Counted from the stretch's first letter, positions 10,696-20,258 are shown. The stretch: DNA of 64,000 bases from an uncultured virus (IMG/VR IMGVR_UViG_3300030688_000011) (IMGVR_UViG_3300030688_000011), one strand, 5' to 3'. Program-made: numbers and translations. Notes: generated by a model from the letters alone, not told the origin.

Positions 10696-11304
10696 TCACC
10701 TCATTTCCCATGCGGCAAAGGTGGGATTGTCGTGCAGGAACATAGCCATGAACTCGCCTAGCCGGTAAACCCCCTGATGATCGCTATTATTAGCGGGGTG
10801 GGCAGGGCTATTCCAGTAGTCATCCCCCTGTAAAGTGTCACAGCGCCCAGCGTGGAACACTTCATGCATCAGGTTCACCCTCAGCGTTTGGGGGTTTTCA
10901 GTTGGGATATAAGTAATAACATGGTGTTCACAATAAGTCTGCGCGTTGATGGAGGTCACCATAACACCCGGTGGGGTACCTTCAATGTCGGTATAATGGT
11001 TGACCTTTACCACCAACCATTTGCGCCCGTTGATGTACAGTAGGTTTGGTACTCCGTTCTCATCAACAGCACTGGTGTATGCATAACTCCCTCCGATACC
11101 GGTACCGTCCATGCGGAAGTCCTGCCATGTGGCAGCTTTCATAGCTGATAGCATACGGTTTTTGTGAAGGGTGAAGTATACATCAAACATTGCGTTGACT
11201 AGAACTATGAAAGCGAGTGTAACCAACACTATACGCCGCAATCGCGCTGTCCGCTTTTCTTGTAGTATCCGTGCATTAAAACTAATAGGCTTCTTCATAC
11301 TCAT
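10696..11304 (-). CDS. membrane-anchored HEXXH metallopeptidase-like protein
   Basis: N-terminal TM segment; LMHEVFH. Confidence 0.55.
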   Translation of the reverse strand: MSMKKPISFNARILQEKRTARLRRIVLVTLAFIVLVNAMFDVYFTLHKNRMLSAMKAATWQDFRMDGTGIGGSYAYTSAVDENGVPNLLYINGRKWLVVKVNHYTDIEGTPPGVMVTSINAQTYCEHHVITYIPTENPQTLRVNLMHEVFHAGRCDTLQGDDYWNSPAHPANNSDHQGVYRLGEFMAMFLHDNPTFAAWEMR

Positions 11305-11306
11305 CC

Positions 11307-11789
11307 TTAGTGTTCGGACAAAGAATGTCCACGAATCATGAGATTTCTCGACTTGAGCAAAGCAGCCCACTGATTGCGGTTGCCGATGTCCGACCGAGAC
11401 AGGAGACCATACCCCTCTTCCGCCTTGGTGAGCTTGCGAAACTTGCGATAGAACGGATAGTTTGAACCTACCAAAGCTTCCTTGCGATGTAAAATGGGCG
11501 GATTGGTGCGAGTTGAATAATCGGTGATGCAAAGCTGTTTCTGTTCCAGCATGACTTTAATACTGTACTTGAGTGCAGGATGCGCGTCGGTGTTGAAGGT
11601 GGGATAGCGAAGAAGGCAGACGTGGGTTCCATCATGTGCAATCTTCGCTATGTCATAATCAAATTCTCCTGCGATAATTAGAGCCATCGCCAGCATCATT
11701 CTCTTATCGTCGGGGAGATTCCGTGTGTTGCTCTTGTGGATGTAGGTGTGAGAGGTTAGGCTCTTACCCACCGCGTGCGGCTTTCTCAT
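11307..11789 (-). CDS. stand-alone domain resembling the repeated non-catalytic domain of DNA phosphorothioation-associated putative methyltransferases
   Basis: YPTFNTDAHPAL...DYSTRTNPPILHRKE...YRKFRKLTKAEE..GLL...IGNRNQW (family recalled from memory). Confidence 0.6.
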   Translation of the reverse strand: MRKPHAVGKSLTSHTYIHKSNTRNLPDDKRMMLAMALIIAGEFDYDIAKIAHDGTHVCLLRYPTFNTDAHPALKYSIKVMLEQKQLCITDYSTRTNPPILHRKEALVGSNYPFYRKFRKLTKAEEGYGLLSRSDIGNRNQWAALLKSRNLMIRGHSLSEH

Positions 11790-11802
11790 CAGGGCCTCAT
11801 TA

Positions 11803-12360
11803 TTACCAAATCAGGTTATGCAGATTGAGGTACTTGGCGGGAACCGTGTCAGTCAGCCACACGCCATTAGGGGCAAGATAGAAGGATAAACCCTCTTCAT
11901 GCATTGCGGCTGCATCGACAGGTACCACTATAGGGTTACCATGTCGCGACCCTACTGTCCGTGCGGTGTCACACAGAGCGGAAAGATGGACGTGCTGCCG
12001 CTTGCCCTTGAGCAAGCCCTGCTTTTTGATTGAGTCGAGAAACCGGGTGGCGGTTCCGTGGTAGAGAATGCCGGGAGGGATAACGACCTCGTACTTCAGG
12101 TCTACCTCAATACTGTGACCTTGCACGGCCCGGATAGATTTTCCGTCGTCCGAGAACTGGAACCGCTTCTTGTCGTTGTCTTCCACGACTTCATCGAGTT
12201 CCTCGCGATTGATTTTATATCCCTTACTCGCCAGACCAGTCAACAGGTTGGATACGGTACACCAACCATCTGAAGTAAGAGTGAGGGAAGCCTCTTCAGG
12301 TTTATGCCGGAGTACAAGACTCATGAACCTGCTCGTTCGGACTAGGGCTTTGTTATCCAT
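11803..12360 (-). CDS. kptA: RNA 2'-phosphotransferase Tpt1/KptA
   Basis: SRFMSLVLRHKP, NDKKRF, IRAVQGHS, LYHGT, RQHVHLS, NGVWL. Confidence 0.93.
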   Translation of the reverse strand: MDNKALVRTSRFMSLVLRHKPEEASLTLTSDGWCTVSNLLTGLASKGYKINREELDEVVEDNDKKRFQFSDDGKSIRAVQGHSIEVDLKYEVVIPPGILYHGTATRFLDSIKKQGLLKGKRQHVHLSALCDTARTVGSRHGNPIVVPVDAAAMHEEGLSFYLAPNGVWLTDTVPAKYLNLHNLIW

Positions 12361-13249
12361 GTCAAGGTGATTGTACCACAGTCTTACAAAAGTTCAACCT
12401 CAAGTATCGCCCTCTCGTACTCCTCGACTTCGGAGTGCCAACTCTCAGCGTAGGTCTCCATGATACCACTCTTGGAGTCCGGCCAGTCGCCGTACACTGT
12501 GGTCTCCATCTCATGAGTTGAGATGTCGTCGCCATGACGCTTCAGGTACGTGAGTCGGAGTCGGAACATCACACCTCGATGAGGGCCGATGACTGGTAGG
12601 GTTTGAACTCATCGAAGAATTCGCCTAGTTTCCCTTTGAACTTCTTCGACCGCACCGTGTGATTCCGCCAGTTCACACCGGCCTTCGTCAGACGGATAGC
12701 CGCACATTGAGACCACCACACCATGGGGGAGGGTCGTTTCCCTTAGAGAGAATGTTGCGACAAGCCAACAGGTCGAGGACTAGGCTTCGCTTTGCTTCAC
12801 CAATCTCGGCTGCTGTGTACTTAGGATTTGAGAACACTTGCTTGACCTGACCACGTGGGTACATCTTTCGTGCCATTTTATCTGCCCAGTCTTCCATTTA
12901 TCGCCTACCAGCCTTGGCGTCCCGCTCGGCTCTAAACTCTTGGATGGTCGGGCCGATGTAGCGGACAAGCTTGCGGGTACCATCCTCTTCCCTGACGTAG
13001 AACGCATCGGGAGGGAGTTCCATCAGGGCGTCTTCCAAAGATTTTTGGGTGGACTTCATAGCTTCAAGAGCGTGGACGGCGACGAACACGGTAGCTTCAT
13101 CTTCACTGAAACCGTTGACTGTCGCCATGTCAAAGCACCGTTGTGCGACGTGCTCGGTAGTGCATAGCAACCTGAGTCGTTCACGGTAGCCTTCAAGTAT
13201 ACCGGCCTTCAGAGCGGTGTCCATGGGTTCCATTTGCTCTCCTGAAATA

Positions 13250-13336
13250 TGGTGACCCCGGCAGGATTCGAACCTGCGATGTGCTTTCACACGCGAGTTT
13301 AGGAAACTCGTGCCTTGTCCGCTAGACTACGGGGTC
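13250..13336 (-). tRNA. tRNA-Arg(CCT) with long variable arm
   Basis: GACCCCG/CGGGGTC-ACCA; arm CGAGT-TTCCTAA-ACTCG; 16-nt variable region; TTCGAAT loop. Confidence 0.88.
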
Positions 13337-13569
13337 AAACTTGTATTCTACTCTACAACCAATGCTTCAGGTAGTTGTCTGGGAACTTATTCTTGGAGCG
13401 AACCTCGGTGATGTCCGCTTCCGGGTCGCCCAACTTATCCAGAGCTACCAAGTCTTCAGCCAGACCGGCACGGTGACGGCTGTGAATGAACTTCTTCAGC
13501 CCTGCGGTGTTGCGGCGTTCGCCCTTCTTGCCGCAGCAAAAGTCGGCTCCCATCGCTGGGGGAAACTTC

Positions 13570-13959
13570 TCAGCCTTGAACCCGCGTTGGTGATTCGTCT
13601 TGCTCATCGTCCTCTCCAGCTACTTCCTTGAGCGTATCCATGAAGTCCACCGGCTTCCAGCCAGCCGCTTCCATAATCTCCGGGAACGTACCGTTCGCCT
13701 TCTCCGTGGGAACAACCACCCACTCACATGCACAACCCGGCCACAGGCTGGGGAATATGCCTTGGTTCTCCATCTCCTCGGTCATCTCCACGCCGTCGAG
13801 AGCCGCCTGTCGGTCTTGCTTACACGATCCACACATCCCAGCGAAGATGTACTCTTCTGCTGCTTCTTGAGACTCAAAGCCGGAGCGGGATGGGTTGGGC
13901 TCGTCAGATTCTCGTGCCGGGAGGTACAGTGCGGAAAAATCAGGCATTCGTATCACCAA
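13570..13959 (-). CDS. hypothetical protein
   Basis: ORF with Cys motifs; true start probably ATG near 13948. Confidence 0.55.
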   Translation of the reverse strand: MVIRMPDFSALYLPARESDEPNPSRSGFESQEAAEEYIFAGMCGSCKQDRQAALDGVEMTEEMENQGIFPSLWPGCACEWVVVPTEKANGTFPEIMEAAGWKPVDFMDTLKEVAGEDDEQDESPTRVQG

Positions 13960-14179
13960 TCAGGTACAGGTTATTGTCGCTCGACCCACAAACTGCGATG
14001 CCGTCCAGATACCACTTACACTCTTGAGACCCGATGGTGCCGACCAGCCGGGGGCACTCTTCAAAATCCACCATGTGAAGGCTCGTTACCCTGCGCCCGT
14101 CCATTGTCTCCGCCTCGGTGATCCCTCGTGTCGGCACTACCACCGTACTTACATCTAGGTTATTCATACTAGCTAATAC

Positions 14180-14262
14180 TGGAGGGCGCGACAGGATTCG
14201 AACCTGCATTTTCAATTCCACTTACGTTTAACGACTTAGAAGGTCGCCTCGATTACACACCC
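14180..14262 (-). ncRNA. atypical tRNA-like RNA (TCT anticodon arm, no normal D-arm)
   Basis: acceptor GGGTGTG/CGCGCCC-TCCA, T-arm GCAGG-TTCGAAT-CCTGT, arm GCGAC-CTTCTAA-GTCGT placed only 8 nt after the acceptor stem. Confidence 0.7.
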
Positions 14263-14514
14263 CAAAGGTTACGCTGCGATGTCTGTGGTTCTCTCGTTCT
14301 TGGATGACCTTACACACATCTTGGGTGCGTGAGACACGTTGACGAACGTGTCCCACTTCCCTTTGCACGCACACGTGTTGGGGTCTACCTTGTGCTCATC
14401 ATCGCCCAGCAAGTCCTGCAACTTGGTCTGGCCGAAGAGCATACGTACGATAGGTGTGATAAACATATGTGTTCTCCTGTCAGTTGAATTCGTTTATAAT
14501 GCGTGGATGAAACA

Positions 14515-14736
14515 TCAGGATGCCTTGACGAAGGTCCCGCCATCCAGAGCCTTGCGAATGTACCGCATGAGAGTAATGGCCTTCTCGGTTGAGTTCAAGG
14601 TGGCTCCGCCAATGTCTTCGAGCGAGACGGGAAAGGCATATTCGACGCCATCCACCGTTACGTTGTAAAAGGCGTTACCCGTCCTATAGAACGAAAACCT
14701 TGCGGTGTTGTCCTTCACAATCTTCTTGATGTCCAT
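14515..14736 (-). CDS. small hypothetical protein
   Basis: AGGA RBS; MDIKKIVKDNTARF...LMRYIRKAL. Confidence 0.6.
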   Translation of the reverse strand: MDIKKIVKDNTARFSFYRTGNAFYNVTVDGVEYAFPVSLEDIGGATLNSTEKAITLMRYIRKALDGGTFVKAS

Positions 14737-15052
14737 ATGCTCATCCTTCCTTTCAGTTTGACTACTCAGCCATGCAGCTTTGTCTAGACCTATGCCTCGG
14801 TCTGAGTGGCTTCTAACGATGTCCCTTATCTCCGACACTCATGACTCCTTCAACGTACTGCTCTTGCAGATACCTGTCTACTTCTTGGTCAATCTCAGCC
14901 ATGGACTTCATGATGAACGCTTCGGTTTCGAGGTCACCACGGTTATGGGCTTCAGCCGCCTTGTCCATCATGCTCGACTTTACGTAGGCCCGGATTTCTT
15001 CGAAGAGAGAGATTTTGTTTGCGTCTGCCATACTCTCTAATACGGAGACTCA

Positions 15053-15072
15053 GGGGAGTCTTACGACTCCCC
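15053..15072. terminator. GC-rich hairpin (terminator or processing site)
   Basis: GGGGAGTC-TTAC-GACTCCCC. Confidence 0.5.
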
Positions 15073-15084
15073 CTCGTGATTGCC

Positions 15085-15654
15085 CTAGTGGTCGAGTTCT
15101 ACGTTCCAGTAAGCCCAAGATGCCTTTTCAGCGTACAACCACTGCTGCCACTCAGTCCACTCAGGCCGAATCTGCTTGATGTGGAGTTTGAAATTGAACT
15201 TCGGGTCGTCAACCTTCGGTACGAACGGCTGACGGAGCAGCGGCATACGAGCCTGTTCAGGCGTCATGCCAGCCTTCGCCTTGTTGCAGCGAGAGCAAGC
15301 GGCTACGACGTTAGTCCAGACAGTGATACCACCCTGACACCGGGGCTTGACGTGCTCCACCTGAAACTCCTGAGTGGAGACGTGCTTACCGCAGTATTGG
15401 CAAGTACCCTCGTCACGCATGTAGATGTTGCGACGAGAACACGGAACAGCAAGGCGACGACGCTTGTGCCAAGCGTTCTTTACCTGAATGACACGGGGCA
15501 TACCCATCTCGAAAGAAGGGCTGCGAAGCATCCGCCCACCCTCATCTTCCTTGACGATGTTAGCGCGGTCTTCCCAGTACAGCTTGACCGCATTCTTCCA
15601 ACTCATGAAGCCAACCGGCTTCCAGTTTATGTCCAAAACGAGAGTGTCATTCAT
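15085..15654 (-). CDS. HNH endonuclease (McrA-like)
   Basis: SRRNIYMRDEGTCQYCG...VEHVKPRCQGG..VWTNVVAACSRCNKAK. Confidence 0.88.
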   Translation of the reverse strand: MNDTLVLDINWKPVGFMSWKNAVKLYWEDRANIVKEDEGGRMLRSPSFEMGMPRVIQVKNAWHKRRRLAVPCSRRNIYMRDEGTCQYCGKHVSTQEFQVEHVKPRCQGGITVWTNVVAACSRCNKAKAGMTPEQARMPLLRQPFVPKVDDPKFNFKLHIKQIRPEWTEWQQWLYAEKASWAYWNVELDH

Positions 15655-15747
15655 AGAACGCTCCTATCACCTAATGCTGTTTCATGTTGTCCCCCTTGCA
15701 CGGGTGGGTTCTCGCGAACCCTTCTTCGGATGGTGTTGCAACTACAG

Positions 15748-16179
15748 TCAAACTCTTTCGACGGAAATCAGGTTCCCGCCCTCGAAGACGGCATTGTACT
15801 CAAACCACTCCGCCTCCGGTACTTCAATCTCATTGCCCTCGTCATCCCTCGTGGTGGTCTTGCCTTCCGCGAAGTTGACGAAGAATAGCATCCCGCTATT
15901 TGCATCGCCGTAAAAGTTCAAGGTGCCGGTAAAGTCTACGAGGCCCCAGCAGATGTGAATCCGGGTCATGCATCCGACCAGCTTCATCAAGCCTTCGGCG
16001 TTCGGGTCGGAACGGTCTTCAACGTCGTAGTCCGATAGCACCAACTGGCCTTGCTCAGTAATCTGGTAGTCGTCAAAGAACCCAAGGTCAACCAAGCTCT
16101 TCGTCTGGAACTCTATACCAGAGGGGTCGGGCAATCCCGGTAGTGGGTACTCGCAACGTATTTTATCATACATACCCAT
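15748..16179 (-). CDS. hypothetical phage protein
   Basis: MGMYDKIRCEYPLP...EFQTKSL...EYNAVFEGG. Confidence 0.65.
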   Translation of the reverse strand: MGMYDKIRCEYPLPGLPDPSGIEFQTKSLVDLGFFDDYQITEQGQLVLSDYDVEDRSDPNAEGLMKLVGCMTRIHICWGLVDFTGTLNFYGDANSGMLFFVNFAEGKTTTRDDEGNEIEVPEAEWFEYNAVFEGGNLISVERV

Positions 16180-16186
16180 AAGTTTT

Positions 16187-16262
16187 TGGTGCAGACGGTG
16201 GGAGTTGAACCCACAACCATTCGATTAAGAGTCGAGTGCTCTGCCAGTTGAGCTACGTCTGC
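16187..16262 (-). tRNA. tRNA-Lys(CTT)
   Basis: canonical cloverleaf, loop CTCTTAA, encoded CCA. Confidence 0.92.
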
Positions 16263-16279
16263 GTCTCCTACTATAGGGT

Positions 16280-16718
16280 CTAAAAGCTTTCAATTCGTTC
16301 AACCACGTCGCTGTCCCAAATGCATCCACTAGCACAGTCCCACGTGTAATACCACATCATAGACAGCCGGTGCCGCCGCTGGTACGGGGCGATGATGATG
16401 CCCTGATACTTGGCTGCTACCTTCTTCCATTCAATACCCGTTGCACTGGGAAACTGTAAGGAAGTAAATCGGTAATTCTCAGCAAAATCTTCTAGCTGGG
16501 ACTCGGTGGAGATGTGGAGGATGTTGGCGTCAGGCTTGAGTACGACCCTATGCACCAGCTTACCGATACCAAAATCCTCCGCAGCACACCAACTGGCCCA
16601 GTCATGTTCGCCCTGCACCGAAACCCAAAGCGGGTTTATACTGCCAGCCTTCCCCATCTAGTTGCTTCCGCGACCATACATTCAGGAGAGGTTGATTGCT
16701 GTGGTGCAGAAGAATCAT
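16280..16718 (-). pseudogene. hypothetical protein, apparently frameshifted near 16630
   Basis: RBS+ATG at 16718 (MILLHHS...YKP) is out of frame with the LWVSVQGEHDW...WDCASGCIW body. Confidence 0.45.
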
Positions 16719-16725
16719 GACATCC

Positions 16726-17574
16726 TCAGAAATCGTTGTCGAGTGGAGGAAGAACTTCCGCTCTCGCCAACCTCTCTTGTCTCCAAGAGTTTATCATGCC
16801 CTCAAGTGCTCTTACAACAGAATTCATGTCGCACTTGTAGAACCCCGCACTCGCCGTCGAGTTCACTTCGAGTACACTACACTCATCGCCGGTTATACTT
16901 ACATCAAGTACATACGTGGCCGAGATGGGTGTCTCTCCAAGCTCCGCCATCCTCTGTGCGAACTGCATCATCGGATAGAAGAATGCGTTGGTGGAGTCTA
17001 TCCTCGCGTACATTACCTCGCCGAAACTACGGTACACACTTCCCGTTACAACCCTGCCGTCCACGACGAAGAATCTTGCCTCGTGGTCAATCGGCTTCGG
17101 TGGTGCGAACATAACCGGGGTGTCTCCTGTGATGGAGCAGTACCCTGTCTTTGCCAGTTCAACGATACGGTCACGCCAAGGCACCATGTCCTCCGGCGTC
17201 ATCAGACCACCGTTGAATACCTTGGTGTCATGCACCGGGCGGACGAACATCGGCTCCGTGAAGTCCATCTCACTGAACTTGCAGTACGTCGCGTCGTGGT
17301 TGAAGAAGTTGCGACCGAACCGTACTCCGTGCTGCTGCATGTCGAACTCAGGGCCTTGAAACGCACCGGGCTTCCAGCCACGCTCAGTAGCGATACGGGC
17401 CAACCCCATCGAGCCCCAGACCATCACATCCTCATCCGGGTCGAAGTCTACCTCTGGCTGCAAATGCTCCCGGACGCTGACGATGGTGTACTTGCTGTCG
17501 TTCGCATCCAATGCGTCGAGCAGCCCTTTGAAACCGAACTCGTTGAACAACCCTGCCTGTACTACGTGCTGCAT
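16726..17574 (-). CDS. ATP-grasp domain protein (DUF4343/R2K-like)
   Basis: MFVRP..DTKVFNG, EARFFVVDGRVVTGSVY, YVLDV......VLEVNST.SAGFY. Confidence 0.8.
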   Translation of the reverse strand: MQHVVQAGLFNEFGFKGLLDALDANDSKYTIVSVREHLQPEVDFDPDEDVMVWGSMGLARIATERGWKPGAFQGPEFDMQQHGVRFGRNFFNHDATYCKFSEMDFTEPMFVRPVHDTKVFNGGLMTPEDMVPWRDRIVELAKTGYCSITGDTPVMFAPPKPIDHEARFFVVDGRVVTGSVYRSFGEVMYARIDSTNAFFYPMMQFAQRMAELGETPISATYVLDVSITGDECSVLEVNSTASAGFYKCDMNSVVRALEGMINSWRQERLARAEVLPPLDNDF

Positions 17575-17977
17575 ATCTTCCCTTCCAACTCTTGAAACCT
17601 TTCCCACTTCGGGCCGTTGTAAATGAGATGGTAGCCACCCCACATGCCCAGAACTTGAAGTCCGTAATACTCTAAGGTCTCTTCCTTGCTGAGACCCGGC
17701 AGCGGATACGTTGGGGTCTCCCGTACGTATTCTTCACTCATCAGTCTTATCCTCGGAAGCGTCTTCCGTCCATTGCACTGAAGCTCGTTCCACATTCAAC
17801 GATAGCCCGTCGAGAAACAACATTACCTCGCTCCTTAGTTCCGCAGAGTCGAAGCGGTCGTACTTGTCCGAGACATCCAGCGTTAGGGTAAACTTTCTCA
17901 TAGTGATAGATACGTCACTTTCTTCCTTCAAACATGCAAAAAGTGAGATTGCTCTCACTCCTTGGTCGAACAAAACT

Positions 17978-18052
17978 TGGCTCCCAGTGAGGGACTCGAA
18001 CCCCCAACCATACGGTTAACAGCCGTAAGCTCTGCCATTGAGCTAACTGGGA
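17978..18052 (-). tRNA. tRNA-Asn(GTT)
   Basis: TACGG-CTGTTAA-CCGTA; G73-CCA. Confidence 0.92.
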
Positions 18053-18348
18053 ACATCTCTTTGCGGGGCAGACATTGAACCTGCGACCTCTCGGTTAGCC
18101 TCCGACATCTAGGCACCCGCAATCCTTTTGACCCACTTCTTTTCCTTGTCGTTCCATACTCTACGCTTAGAGTACCAACCGGAACGGAAGTGCATCACTA
18201 TTACTGTCATCCCCCAGTGGCGTGTACCCAGCCATCCGATGAGGGTAAGAAACAGTCCGTCGATGAAGTCTACTACATCCTCGGGTTGACGTAACTGTCT
18301 CAACATATCTTGGTTGCGGAGGTTGGGTTGGATGTCTTACCACATTTT

Positions 18349-18425
18349 TGGTTGGGAGAGCAGGGATCGAACCTGCAAACCTCTCGGGTCAGAACCGAGT
18401 GTTCTACCAATTGAACTATCTCCCA
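18349..18425 (-). tRNA. tRNA-Gln(CTG)
   Basis: CTCGG-TTCTGAC-CCGAG; U1-A72; CCA. Confidence 0.9.
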
Positions 18426-18432
18426 ATAACTT

Positions 18433-18509
18433 TGGTACCTCGGGTCGGATTTGAACCGACGATTTCCTCCTTATGAGAGAGGCGTCTTAGACCGCTGGAC
18501 GACCGAGGC
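18433..18509 (-). tRNA. tRNA-Met/Ile2(CAT)
   Basis: CCTCT-CTCATAA-GGAGG; CCA; Met vs Ile2 not resolved. Confidence 0.88.
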
Positions 18510-18510
18510 A

Positions 18511-19197
18511 CTACATTACTTGGGCTAAGTCGGTTCCACCTTTAGAGTTCAGACGGACATTGCGTTCCTTAGCCCATGCACTTACAACCTTGGATAACTT
18601 CCTACCCCTGCCCTTACCCATGTTCATCCCCCTATACGTGGGGGTCAGTGAGTGACAATTAGGACAAAGCAACCTACAATTACTATAGCTGTTATTGTAG
18701 CAATCCCCATCTACATGTTCGAGTTCAATTGGAACTGTGAGGGATTTGGGGTTCACTTTACTCCACCCACAGTCCTCGCATTTCCTTCCCCGCTCAATTA
18801 TCAGATAACCTTTGGCTGATCGTTCCGATGGAACTATTACTCCTGACTTCCATTTTACTAGTAGTACAGCCCGTCTTCTATCCCACGACTGCTTCGACTG
18901 TTTCCCTCCCTCCCTCGAAGCACATTTCCTAGAGCAGTGCCTCTGAGACAGCTTACCGTGGGTAAACGAACCGCCACATGTAATACACGTTTTATCATGA
19001 CAACAGGAAGGCTTATTGAGGAGCCCCGATGTATTGCGTCTATCAACAAGTTCTTCCTTACTTAGGGGGTAATCACGTAACCATAAACTGGCAGAACCCT
19101 TGGCTACTCCCAGTCGAAGCGCAATTTCTTTCAATGAAAGCCGATTCTGTACCCTCAGTGTAATTGCTTCATTCTGTTTTTCCATTAATCTTCGCAT
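18511..19197 (-). CDS. HNH homing endonuclease with N-terminal HTH
   Basis: SLKEIALRLGVAKGSASLWL; KCEDCG...ELEHVDG...N...LLCPNCHSLT. Confidence 0.85.
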   Translation of the reverse strand: MRRLMEKQNEAITLRVQNRLSLKEIALRLGVAKGSASLWLRDYPLSKEELVDRRNTSGLLNKPSCCHDKTCITCGGSFTHGKLSQRHCSRKCASREGGKQSKQSWDRRRAVLLVKWKSGVIVPSERSAKGYLIIERGRKCEDCGWSKVNPKSLTVPIELEHVDGDCYNNSYSNCRLLCPNCHSLTPTYRGMNMGKGRGRKLSKVVSAWAKERNVRLNSKGGTDLAQVM

Positions 19198-19267
19198 TTG
19201 AACCCCCTATAAGAGGTATGCGATAGTCGAAAAACCAGCATGACTAACCTACTGTAGGTACAAATTA

Positions 19268-19343
19268 TGGTGGGGCCGTTCGGCATCGAACCGAAATCTC
19301 ACCGCTTAAAAGGCGGGACTCTAGCCATTTGAGTTACAACCCC
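19268..19343 (-). tRNA. tRNA-Lys(TTT)
   Basis: CCGC-CTTTTAA-GCGG; CCA. Confidence 0.88.
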
Positions 19344-19384
19344 GAATTTGGGCAAACGTTTCATATAGTTCCTTTGCAAAACTT

Positions 19385-19461
19385 TGGTGCGCCGGGGTGG
19401 ATTCGAACCACCGTCATCTCGGGTAAGGGCCGAGTATAATAATCCGCTATACGACCGACGC
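19385..19461 (-). tRNA. tRNA with CTT anticodon (Lys), unusual C33/C38 loop
   Basis: CTCGG-CCCTTAC-CCGAG; intact acceptor and T arms; CCA. Confidence 0.8.
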
Positions 19462-19481
19462 AAAACTGGTACATCTAAACT

Positions 19482-19568
19482 TGGTGCGTCCGGAGGGATT
19501 CGAACCCCCGTTGGGAATCTCTCCCGCTGATTAAGAGTCAGGTGCATAAGCCACTCTGCCACGAACGC
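19482..19568 (-). tRNA. tRNA with CTT anticodon on a class II (Leu-like) body
   Basis: D-arm GCA-GAGTGGCTTA-TGC, CTGA-CTCTTAA-TCAG, V-arm GGGA-GAGAT-TCCC, A73-CCA. Confidence 0.85.
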
Positions 19569-19656
19569 ATATCCCTGTAAGCGGTACAATTGTGCCGGAT
19601 ACAGCTAAAACTAGGCTTTATCGGTAACATACTACCGGTATTGCCGACATCAAACT

Positions 19657-19730
19657 TGGCTCGGTCTCAGGGGGTCGAACCCCGGTTTCTAGGGTCAGAA
19701 CCTAGCGTCCTACCACTGAACGAAGACCGA
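19657..19730 (-). tRNA. tRNA-Gln(CTG)
   Basis: CTAGG-TTCTGAC-CCTAG; G73-CCA. Confidence 0.9.
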
Positions 19731-19746
19731 ACATGTGGAACTAAAC

Positions 19747-19845
19747 TGGTGCGGGTGGGGAGATTCTCACGTCCCCGTGGCACCTTACCCTCTGAGCGTC
19801 AAGACGTGAGTGTGTCGCGACTCAGATAGAGGGCACCTACCCCGC
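19747..19845 (-). ncRNA. tRNA-like RNA with CCA end and non-tRNA core
   Basis: GCGGG.../...CCCGC-ACCA; T-arm-like GGGGA-CGTGAGAATC-TCCCC; internal TCTGAG/CTCAGA helix. Confidence 0.6.
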
Positions 19846-19862
19846 ATACTGTGCTACTAAAC

Positions 19863-19953
19863 TGGCTCAGGGGGAGGGACTCGAACCCTCAGAGGGAATG
19901 GCTACCCGCTTGGTTAACAGCCAAGTACGCTGCCAGTTACGTTTTACCCCTGA
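19863..19953 (-). tRNA. tRNA-Asn(GTT) with long variable region and atypical D-arm
   Basis: TCAGGGG/CCCCTGA-GCCA; CTTGG-CTGTTAA-CCAAG; 18-nt variable region. Confidence 0.8.
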
Positions 19954-19974
19954 ACATCTCTGCTACTAAACTTA

Positions 19975-20078
19975 GGCCGACTCTCTCTTCGGCGTCACAC
20001 CACTTCAACTAAGACACATGCCTTCTACGCTTCTAACGTAGGCTTTCATGTACGTTCATCGCCGAAGCGAAACGCCGG
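19975..20078 (-). ncRNA. putative rod-like structured RNA
   Basis: nested helices CCGGC/GTCGG, CTTCGGCG/CGCCGAAG, TACATG/CATGTG, CTACG/CGTAG; flanked by the TGCTACTAAAC spacer repeat. Confidence 0.5.
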
Positions 20079-20190
20079 GTAGGTGTCACCCTTCTTGTGC
20101 TACTAAACCGGGAGGGCTTGGGATTTCACGAACGTTCCACAGACGGGAGCTACCCGCCAGATGTCTATCCGTCCCTCTTAGTCCCTTTCG

Positions 20191-20258
20191 TTCACTTGGC
20201 GGGAGTCGAACCCGCATCAGCCGCCAACGCGGCTGCTCTACCATTGAGCTACAAGCAA
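20191..20258 (-). ncRNA. tRNA-like RNA without an anticodon loop
   Basis: normal D-arm GCTC-AATGGTA-GAGC and T-arm GCGGG-TTCGACT-CCCGC, but arm GCCGC-GTTG-GCGGC; no CCA. Confidence 0.65.

Noticed and set aside
18061..18125. Additional tRNA
   Set aside because: Only a degenerate 3' half-like remnant, without anticodon loop, D-arm or CCA.
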